A DNA stretch of 64,000 bases from Octopus sinensis (Eukaryota). Of this stretch, positions 25,847 to 36,509 are shown piece by piece. The stretch lies in assembly GCF_006345805.1 (NCBI RefSeq), contig NC_043004.1, forward strand, positions 84,692,001-84,756,000, read 5' to 3'. A program made the position numbers and the translations under genes. The notes below the pieces were generated by a model. It saw only the letters and a list, made by a program, of their open reading frames with translations. It made no database searches and was not told where the DNA came from. The first letter of the stretch is position 1; the number at the start of each line of letters is the position of its first letter.

Positions 25847-26623
25847 GTAGTAGTAGTAGAAGCAGCACTGATGGCGGTTATGGTGGTAGCAGCCGCCTCA
25901 ATAGTAGTAGCAACTGCATAAACTGTAGAAGCGCTAAATATTTGCTTTCTTTGTTTTCTTTGCTGGTGTTTCAAAACACATTGTTGCTGCATGAGTTCAT
26001 ATCATGATTGAGTAAGCACCACCTTCTCTATTCACCTACGGATTCAATTTTTCATATTAATTTGTATCATTTCTTTTTAGTATATTCTTAAGTTCATTGT
26101 TGCATTGAAAAGAACGATAAAGAATATCTTGCATCATGCATGGACATTTTTTTTAAAAAAAACGAAACGAAATTATACTTTAAGTTGTTTATTATTCATG
26201 CTCTTGTGAAACACGAACTCGATATACTTATGCGATATTTTTTTCTTTTCTGGGTCATACATGCAATAAAGAAATTTCCATTTTTTTTCTTTAATGCTTC
26301 GGATTTGTATTTTGTGCTTTTCCTGCATGTCCCCTTGGGCAAGCGTAGAGAAATCTTATTCACGAATATATACTGATGAAAATTGAATGATGAGCTAACG
26401 ACTTTTTTTAAAACTATTTAGCAAGTTACGTTCTCCTCAGATGAAAAAGTCTTAACATGTCAGAAGGCAGCTCCAAATACTAGCTTCTTAATTCATTATA
26501 ATTCTATATACAAGAAGAATGAATATTCTTCAGAAACTCTCAAACAAATGTTAAGTTGAATTTCTGTGAAATAATGTTCAATTTGATATCAATGCTCTAC
26601 GTTTCATTATGGCACTCAAAATT

Positions 26624-26624
<1 letters not shown>

Positions 26625-26656
<32 letters not shown>

Positions 26657-26870
26657 TGTGTACAGTGCTCAGGTGCACTACAACTCATCTAAAGTGTATA
26701 TATAATCAGGTGTAGTTTCGACGGATTTCGGGAAGCATGAGGGCCTTAAAGGATGCAGTGTCATGGCAGTCAACAACTGATGCAGGCAGTTTATTCCACG
26801 CTTCAGCAACCCTGAGCGTGAAAAAATGTTTCCGAAAGTCATGGGAGCTAACTCACTTTGAGCAGATATG
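26625..26870 (-). mobile_element. CR1/L2-type LINE 3' end with (ATT)n tail
   Basis: Minus strand encodes FFTLRVAEAWNKLPASVVDCHDTASFK, a typical C-terminus (RV...WN.LP..VV...FK), then a short UTR and simple-repeat tail. Confidence 0.8.
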
Positions 26871-26931
26871 TAATACCAACGCCTGTTAAGATTAATTACA
26901 TTTATACAATTTTTAGCCACTACTGTCACTT

Positions 26932-27090
26932 GTGGAAAGCGAGTGGCTTAGTGGTTAGGGTCTTGGACACATGATGGCAGTGTGTGGTTTCGATTCCTGT
27001 CTTCTTCACGAAAACATTTCATTTCACGATGCTCCAGCCCACGCAGCTGGACAGAATGAGTATTCTTGCGTGGGACCGGCGTCCCGCGGG
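26932..27090 (+). mobile_element. tRNA-derived SINE (family C-like), partial
   Basis: A-box TGGCTTAGTGG and B-box GGTTTCGATTCC, followed by body similar to 53032-53366. Confidence 0.65.
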
Positions 27091-27755
27091 AAAAAAGCCT
27101 TAATGAACTTGTATGACGCGACAAGAAAACTTTACAAACAACATTTCACTGATGTTGCTATTCCAGTTTTACTACAATTGTATTTTATCATCTCCAAACG
27201 AATTCTTTCTTTCTAAAATACTCTTAATCTGTAAAATTCTATGTATTGCAGGTCAAGCATTTTAATATATATTCGCGGTACTAAAATAGTGAGACACAGT
27301 TTCTTACTTAACATTACAGGTTAAGAGTCCCAAAATCACATTTATATTCTCGAGAGATACAAAAGCTTGTTTTAGAGTCCTTATATACAGCAGATCACTT
27401 CCCACATTAGTACTAAATGATATCAATAGAAATTTTCTCAAAAGAATTGAGATTTTGTAATGTACATTAAAGAAATTATTCATTTCGAAAACTTCTTCAA
27501 AGCATTTTCTTTTTGTCTGTCTTATACACTAGGCTTAGTATAACGCACTCTGCAATATATTAAGATGTGTTTTTATCTGTGTTTTACGAATTATTCCAGT
27601 ACCTTTATGCACCTAGCACAGATAGAGCTCACTTAGTTCAAATATCAACAAATAGCAACAATGGTGATTTTCAGTTTTTATGTTAATCATTTATGATATC
27701 AAAAAGACTACCATTACTTAGCAATAAAAATCCTGATTGAATATTAGATACCCAA

Positions 27756-28329
27756 AGGCGTCCAGCTGGCAGAAACATTGGCACGCCGGACGAAACGCTT
27801 AGGAGTATTTCGTCTGCCGCTGCGTTCTCAGTTCAAATTCCGCCGAGGTCGACTTTGCCTTTCATCCTTTCGGGTTCGATTAAATAAGTACCAGTTACGC
27901 ACTGAGGTCGATGTAATCGACTTAATCCGTTTGTCTGTCCTTGGCTGCCCTCTCTGTGTTTAGCCCCTTGTGGGTAGTAAAGAAATAAGTATTTCGTTTG
28001 CCTTTACGTGCTGAGATCAAATTCCGCCGAGGTCGACTTCGCCTTTCATCCTTTCGGAATCGATTAAATAAGTACCAGTTACGCACTGAGATCGATATAA
28101 TCGACTTAATCCGTTTGTCTGTTCTTGTTTGTCCCCTCTGTTTGTAGCCCCTTGTGGGCAGTAAACAAATAAGTATTTCGTTCTGAGTTCAAATTCGCCG
28201 CGGTTGACTTTGTGCTTCATTCCGTCAGGATGAAGTACCATTTAAGTACCATTTGCGTACCGGGTCGATCTAATCCACTGGTAGCCTCCCTTAATTTCGG
28301 GCCTTGAGCCTACAGTAGAAAAGAATATT
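27756..28329 (+). mobile_element. SINE family B, three units head-to-tail
   Basis: Three repeats of (G)TATTTCG..G(T/A)TCAAATTC(C)GCCG..GTCGACTT(T)G(C)CTTTCATCC; units 1-2 have the long CCCCTTGTGGG tail and unit 3 the short GGGCCTTG tail. Confidence 0.9.
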
Positions 28330-29846
28330 TGATACCAAACCCGAATGAATTCTGAGAACACGGCTCTCAGTTCGATAACAGTTAATCGAGTCATAAGTTT
28401 GCCAACTTAATTTTTCCATTAAGCATTTTACAATACAGTAACATATAATGGCCCTGTGAAGGGAAGTACAATTACAAAATATATTTTTACCTCTTTTAGA
28501 TTTCTCACAATTAGTTTTGCAACAATATCCGTTCCAAGAAAATAATTAATGAAACACATTGATAATATTTATTTCGTCGCTGCTATTCTCCATATTCTAG
28601 ACCTTCTGGCTATCTATTTATTAAAAGTTGCAGGTTTCCGTTCTCCTATTCCTTGGGTGAGGCTGTGTAGAGAAAAACTAAATTCAATCTTTTCCTTGAT
28701 AAATGTAACAATGAAATCTATTATTAACTTGCCTGGAATAATTGAAATGGATGTGAACGTATAACAATATACACAATATTGTGTGGAAGTTAAACTTCAT
28801 TTCCATAGAAATAAATCTTTTCCTTAATTAACTGTCATCACATTTGCGTTTAGTCGTTCTTTTAAATAAATGGTTGCATATTTAATTACCCAATACTAGA
28901 TTCATATCAATGCAATACACAGCTGTATCTTAGAAATTTTTATTGTGAATCATTGTAGATGAATGCATGTGTGTCTGTGTGGGTCTGTGTGTGTGTGTGC
29001 GCGCGCGGCGCGCGTGTGTGTGTATCTGTGGCAAGCATGAAAATAGAGAAGCCGATAAGCAGACAGATACACACATAAAGAAACATATTCAGTTCATATC
29101 TTTGAGTTTATGGCAGTCATGTCCATAAAATCAACGAAATATTTAACCGTTAAATGTAGAAACGTGATTAAAAGAAAAAATAACGTGCGCATCTTGAGCT
29201 TAGATGTAAATACATAGAGCTGTATTAATTTGGTCAAACACATTTCAATAAATATTAAAAATAAAATTTCCAAATAGTCATAAATATGAATTTTCACAAA
29301 ATATTTCGAAATTAATTATAGGAAGAGAAGATTTGCAGAAAGAGAAAATAAATGGGCTCTACAGGGAAGACATGAAATTAAAATTAAAAGGAATATTTTA
29401 TATAGAAGAAACAAAGCTAGTTAGATTTTCATCGAATACGATATTCAAATAAATCTTCGCAAACCATCTATATGTGTAATCTTTACAATTTCTTGTACCA
29501 ATGTTCGAAATTACCTCAAAGTTTAGAGGGGGAAAAAATCCGTCATATCGATAAATATGATATTCTCATTCGCTTATGGGCGGTTTCGTTCCGCCTACTT
29601 TAAATCTATGCTGTATTCATTAACACTGTATTTGATGACACATTTATGAGTGGTTCACAATACACATACATTACACATGCAGCATTTCTAACGTTCACAT
29701 TATCCCTAACACAATCTCTGAAAATACATACACACACACACACACACATAGTCACATATGTATTTGAATGAGTATGAGTGCGTGAGTATGTGTCCGTGTG
29801 TTTGCACATATGTATGCATATGCATATATGTATATACATGCATAAT

Positions 29847-29890
<44 letters not shown>

Positions 29891-29910
29891 GTATGAATGT
29901 TTGTATGTAT

Positions 29911-30260
29911 TCTTTTAATTCTTTACTTATTTCAGTCAGTTGACCGCAGCCATGCTGGAGCAGTGGCTGGCATGGTTTCAGTCGGACACACATTTAAGCT
30001 GAACAGGACTTTTTTTATAGTAATTGTCTATTTTGATGAACTGCTAACTTACGTGGTGTAAACATTCTCACACTTGTTGTCAGACAGTAAGTGGTAAGAC
30101 ACACTCACACAACGAGACATACATACATACATGCACACACATATGTGCATATACATACGACAGGCTTCTTTCAGTTTCCGTAACCAAAAACCACTCACAA
30201 TGCTCTGCTCAAATTGATGTTCTAGAAAAAGAAGACATGTGCCGAAGGTGCCAGGAATTT
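29911..30260 (-). mobile_element. SINE family A, decayed
   Basis: Reverse complements of the family-A tail (gaccgcagccatgctggagc) and middle (gcttctttcagtttccg..ccactcacaa..gtgccgaaggtgcc). Confidence 0.75.
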
Positions 30261-30898
30261 TCTCAACCGGATCTGACTTTCTGTCGACCGCCTCCTTCCC
30301 AGACCTTACATCGCCTCTCACGTCTTCTCTATTGTACATGAAACTCATGTGGCAGTGAAGCACAGATGCACATCTTATACATGTTAATTCATATACATTC
30401 TGAAACATTCCATAAATTTCCGTAGCTCTGTTCAACACAAAATATGGCATAGAGATCCTCGAAATTGTCTTCCCGTATTCACAACATTTTGGTTACTAAG
30501 CAGATGGGCAAACAATTTTTGGTAGGGTGTGTTCAAAGTGCTACTGCAGCGATCTGCAGCCAGGAACAAAAATATGACTGATTTGATTTTTTGATGTTTG
30601 GTAATGACGTATATAATTTAGAATAATCTAGTGCAGTTATAATTGCTTCTCCTAAAAAGCCATCATAATGTCTACAATGCACTACATACATATATAGGAA
30701 GAAATGCTGAAAATGTTCTGGTTGCAAGGGTATAACAAAAAATCGGGATGAAGGACTAAACTTCAGAGTTCTTTTGCAAGACTGCAATAAAAATGTGAAT
30801 TGAGAGTGAAATATGTCGAATAAAATCATTATTATATGATGCTCCTGTATTTTGTTTTACCAGCAACTTTTCAGATACACCCTTTGTGCATATATATA

Positions 30899-31461
30899 TT
30901 GGGTTGTCCGGAAAGCTCGTGCCGTTTTATCGTAGCTTACCTGTCGATTTATGTTATAATATTGTTGAGTTCATAAAACAGGATTTGACTACACCTCCAT
31001 TTAGAGCACAGTTTAAGCTATCTTTTCGTAGAAGGTTTATGCTCCTATAACCTATGTTAATTCTGTAACCCTTTAAAATGGAATATAAGAAAGTTCATTT
31101 TCGGCACTTGACGCTTTTGGAACCAGACAAAAATTGCTGCAGCTCTGCTGCGATGTGTTCCCCACCCTCCATATTCACCAGATATTGCTCCTTCGGACTT
31201 CCACTTATTCCAGTCTCTGCAGAATAGTCTTGATGGTACAAATTTCAGTTCCTTTCATGGCGTTAAGATATACCTTGATGACTACTTTGCCACGAAACCA
31301 CCTCAATTCTAGGAAGAGGGTGTTTTCAAGTTATAGGATAAATGGAGACGCATTGTGCAACAAAATTGTTCATATTTGGTTGATTAAAAATTTAAAGGCA
31401 AGTGTTTATTGACATTTTTCTTTCCTTAAAAAATCGGCACGAAATTTCCGGACAAACCTTA
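30899..31461 (+). mobile_element. Internally deleted mariner (DD34D-type) element
   Basis: Imperfect TIRs (TTGGGTTGTCCGGAAAGCTCGTGCCG versus reverse complement TAAGGTTTGTCCGGAAATTTCGTGCCG) in TA context; N-terminus MEYKKVHFRHL joined to C-terminus HPPYSPDIAPSDFHLFQSLQNSL. Confidence 0.9.
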
Positions 31462-31493
31462 TATATATTATATATATATATATATATCGAATT

Positions 31494-31654
31494 ATATGTG
31501 ACAATTATTCGGAAGCCAAGATAAAGCTCTGAGTTTCGGATGCCGAGATGGAAATCAACACCACCATCTCTTCGGTTATCTGGCCTGATGTCGGTTTCTA
31601 CCTCGGCATCCGAAACTCAGAGTATTATCTTGCCACCGAATAATTGTCACATAT
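31494..31654. repeat. 161-bp foldback palindrome containing hammerhead halves
   Basis: Arms of ~65 bp (ATATGTGACAATTATTCGG..CTCTGAGTTTCGGATGCCGAG) are reverse complements; GAAACTCAGAGTA on the right arm; CCGAAGA core on the minus strand at 31569-31575. Confidence 0.85.
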
Positions 31655-31727
31655 TATTTACAGATAAATCTCCTCTATTTACATATGAAGTCTCTTTCTT
31701 TTATATCTTACCGTTTTAACAAATATA

Positions 31728-31779
<52 letters not shown>

Positions 31780-34147
31780 ATATATATATATATATATGTA
31801 TATATAAAGTGGCGGTCTTATAAATTACGATGTCGCTGTTATTTAAGCCCCAGACAAACAGCATGTATGTGTGTGTGTGAGAGCTATTAAATGAGAACAC
31901 CGAAATTCAATCAATATTTTCCTTATTTTATGGCATCCGGTCAAAATACGTATCTTTCGCGTCCAGGTGATAATTTCACATATGTGAATTATGAATTGAA
32001 CACTTAATCGTTTAGTTCTCATCACCTATATTTTAGAGTACAGTTTTATTTACAGTATTAATCTTAGGCGTCTAAAATACGCTATCGTTAACATCTGATC
32101 TTATTTGAGTGCGTTCTACTTTTTCATTTTCATCCATAATTAAATACTCGTAGGCGGTTCTGTCACCTGTTCTTCTTTATGAAACATACTGTTTTGTTCT
32201 TCCTAATTTTCGCTGTATACAGTGGAAACGATGATTTTCTTTAAACATAATTGTAGATGAAACTCTTAGCTGTATCGTTGTACGGTGTGAAGTGATATCT
32301 CAAAAGAAACTTTTCATCTGGAAAGTATCTTAGATTTTTTTCAAGACCTAGATGTTTAATTCTCACCAATATATACTTATATCAAAATTAAATGATATAT
32401 ATCTATATCATTTGTTAAACAAGAAACAATAAAAAATGGTGTTGCATAAGTACACTTAGAATATACTAGGTGTGATTTAAGACAAATTTGTTTCTACAAT
32501 TCAGTCGCATTCAAGAACAATACAAATGGAAATGTAATGGAGAACTTTACAAAATTTATTTTGCTTTCACAACACGTGTAATTCCTGTTACCTCGTTGCA
32601 GTTCTTTAATTATCTTGCAGTGTTCCGTCAACTGATGAGGTTTTATATTTAGCAGTAAATTGATTCTTGTTGTGTTAGTACCTGTCATTTTCTCGAACTT
32701 TATGTCAGATTTGATTTTGTACAAGCTTATTTTACAGATACTAGCCTACCTAGGGTGAGGGTAATGGATAGAAATTTTGAACTGAATTTAAAGAATGTGG
32801 GAAAAGATAAATATTTCTAAGATTTAGGTTATGGGAATGTAAAACTGATATGAGTATGTAATGCTAAGGTTTCATAACAAAATTACATCTTTTCATAGTC
32901 TCTACAATAATATGCTAATTACGATGAAATGATTGGCACGAAATTTTCGAGGAAACTTACGGAACAATAACAACATTCTTGAGATTCCAAGAATGCAATG
33001 AATGGTTGAACATCAAGTTAGATTTCAGATAGGTCAATCCCAAATAAAAAATTAATTGGTTAAAAATATTCTTCAACTCAATCATAAACATTAACCTTTT
33101 CTTTACGCGGATAATAAGCATTGCATTCGTTACTAAGAGCAAAGAGAATGGCAATTTATTAGAGATGAGAAACTGTGTAATAGTTTTTGAGATATATAAC
33201 GTAATAATATCCTGATCTGAAAATCAAAACAATCAACAATAGACTGCGGAAATGCCTTTGTATCTACAGAATAGTGTATGATGAAATTTAAGTTTGCTCT
33301 TTAAATAGAACAATTAATATGAATAGTTATATACAAAGTAAATTAAAATCGAGTCAACAGATAAACGTAAGCAGAAATTATAGTTTCTCAATGTTGATTA
33401 CAAGAATTAAATTTTGATTGAGATTTGTTTCGTTTTCAATGTCCGATATTGCAGCAGGAAACATACTTCTATTTCAGAGATAATACATGAGAAATGAGAG
33501 AATGCGAGAGCTGCGGATTTTGGAGCGAGAGAAAATTAGAAGAGAAGCACTACAAAGCAGATTAAAATGCTGTGACGCATTGTTTATCTATCTGAGAGGA
33601 AGAAATCAAATAGGAATTTAGTTTTATATAGTGAACATAATTTAATTCAAGAATTGATTAACTTGAGGAAATGATAAATAGAAAAGAATCTAAAATGCAA
33701 GAGGAGAATATAAGATTAAAGTATGCTATTGATGATAATAGATATATTATTCAGTAATTCTGAATAATTTATGATGTCACCATTCCGAAGATATACATGA
33801 ATATAAGCACATACACACCATATGTATGTGCAAATGAGTATGCATACATACATTATGGATACGTATATTCAAAATGTTTGTGTGATAGTGATTGCGGAGG
33901 AAACCATATAATTATACTTAGAATCTGCTAAGAAATGATCGATATTAATGAAACAAATTTTGATAAGAGCAGTGATTTATTAACAACAAAAGGATAGTTC
34001 AATACTTGAAAATTGCAAAGATATTGAAAATATTCTGTTTGTGGATATATAAATAGATACATACAGTTATATTTATAGTTATATAGATAGGCACGTATTA
34101 GACACACAACTGCACGCACATAATTTATTCATATATATATAATATAT

Positions 34148-34237
<90 letters not shown>

Positions 34238-34284
34238 TGTATTTGTGTGTGTGAGTTTGTGTATATATATATATATATATATAA

Positions 34285-34473
34285 TGTGACCGCGTGTGTA
34301 CCATTGGCGATTCTTTCCTCTGTCTTCCCTTCTCTGGATCTTTCCTTCTCCTATTTTGCCGACGAAGAGCTCCGCTCGAAACGTTAAACCCTCCTTCTTT
34401 CCTGAGCGTCCAATAATACTATATTCGTTCCACGTCCTCGTTGTTGTGTTTTTTTGTGCTTTCGTGTTTGGAT

Positions 34474-34477
<4 letters not shown>
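34285..34477 (+). mobile_element. Short non-autonomous PLE-related element inside (TA)n, carrying a hammerhead-like motif
   Basis: Shares GAAGAGC..GCTCGAAACGTTAAA and downstream TTTCCTGAGCG with the pseudo-LTR of the autonomous PLE family in this window. Confidence 0.75.
34354..34389 (+). ncRNA. Minimal hammerhead-like motif, variant core CCGACGA
   Basis: UUUUG-CCGACGA-A-GAGC(UCC)GCUC-GAAA-CGU-U-AAAC; stem I is imperfect in this copy. Confidence 0.6.
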
Positions 34478-34564
<87 letters not shown>

Positions 34565-35634
34565 GCACCTATATGCATGAATTTGTATACATATGCATTT
34601 TGTTATATACAAAGAAATATTCATATGCATAGATAGAGTAACAAACAAACACACGGAAAGACTGATAGGGAATAAAATAGATACATTGATAGGTAGGTTA
34701 ATTTGTGCTTTTATATTAGTGTCGCCATCCTAAATTCACTGTATATCACTTTTGATTTTATCTTTCCATACAATTGTCAATCCTACTTGCGAATGATGTT
34801 TCAGAATTCACTTCCTCGCATGTTCAATAATAACGATATTAGCGTCTGTTTTGTTGTTGCATGTGAAATTTGATACCTAAAAATTGGTTGCGAAATAGGA
34901 AAGCTCTAAACGCCACAAAAAATACATAGTGCCAATAGCTATATATAGCGCTGCTATCTGATCAGCATACACTCATAATGTGTGAGACAGAGATGTGCAG
35001 TTGTACATATTCACGAGCTACTACAATCTATTGTCTCACACAGCAAATAACGAACGTCGCTAGGAAAGCGTTAAAAAAACATCATACGTTATCTTAGAAC
35101 AACAGATTCGTATATAATCAAGTACTACATTCAGTAGACAATGATATTAAGACAAGGACTGACAGTGTGCACAAATCTGATAGAGAGGAATACTCCTTAG
35201 ACTTCTTTGTGCTTTAAACTAGGATTCCAGTGCGCCAATATTGCTTACACAATTCATACTGCGTTTACCATTTATGGAAATTGGTGCGGTGCACATGAGT
35301 ATTTTTTCGTGCAGATAAGTATGGCTGGAATGGCATGAAACTGAGACTAAGTAAATTCTATATATCTTCTATTATCTATTCGATAACATTATAATAATTG
35401 AGTTGCTGCACATTATTCATACATGTATACATACAAACAGAGACACACACTTATTGTATGTATATACACATCTCTCGGTGTCCTTAATGAGAAAATAACT
35501 TGATCCAGATGAATCCTACAAATAATGATATATATAACGGGAAGCTTTATGAAAATAAACAAAAGACGAAGGCAGGTGGAAAACAAACGAACAATTGTAT
35601 TAGTATGGCGCTCAGGAAATATAAATAAAACAAG

Positions 35635-35672
35635 TCTTTAACGTTTCGAGCCTACGCTCTTCAACAGAAAGA
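35635..35672 (-). ncRNA. Hammerhead-like motif in the 3' pseudo-LTR of PLE copy 2
   Basis: Identical 38-nt sequence to 2739-2776. Confidence 0.7.
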
Positions 35673-36509
35673 TACACAGAGAGAGAAAAACACAGAAAGA
35701 GAGAGAGAGAGAAAAAAATGCGTGCAGTAGCTAACGAATCAACATGGCGATCTGATTTCGGCCAGAGGTCAAATATCAAACATGAGACGCGAGAGCGAGC
35801 GAAATAAGGGGAGATAATAGGGTTGATAAAAGGGTTGAGGGACCAGCTAAAAGTGCGTGGGAGGGGTCTGGATGTGTGTATGTATAGGGTTGGTGTATGT
35901 ATTAGTATGTATAAGGGTGTGTCTGTGTGTGTGTGTGTGTATCAGAGAGTATTAGTGCGTAAGATTGGTCTGGACGTGCGTATGTATGGGGTTGGTGTAT
36001 GTATTAGTATGTATTAGTACGTATTGGTATGTATAGGTGCGTGTGTGTGTGTGAGAGAGTATAAGTGCGTATGCGGGGTCTGGACGTGTGTATGTATAGG
36101 GTTGGTGTAAGTATTAGTATGTACTAGTATGTATTAGTACGTATTAGTATGTATTAGTTGGTGTGTGTATTAGTATGGCACATCATATGTGATGTGATGT
36201 GTAAAGTCATGTGGTGTAGTGAGGAGAAGAGGGGGGGAGAAGAGGGGGAGAGAAGGGGACGGGAAGAAGAGGGGGAGGAGAAGGGGAGAAGAGGAGACGA
36301 TGGGGAGAAGGAAGGTGAGGAGGGGGATGAAGGAGGAAAGAGGGAGGGGGAGAGAGAGAAGGGGGAGAGAGGGGAGTGAGGGAGCAGAGGGAAGGGAAAG
36401 GGAGGGAGAAAGAGGGAAGAAGGGAAGGGGAGTAGGGGTGAAAGGATGAAGGACTGAAGAAGTAGGGGTCGGGGGGATAAAGGAGTAGGTGGGAGGGGGG
36501 AGAGGGGGG

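Noticed and set aside
30500-30600. GPCR-like LAADRC motif on the minus strand
   Set aside because: Frame has several stops, Pro spacing is off, and there are no other TM motifs.
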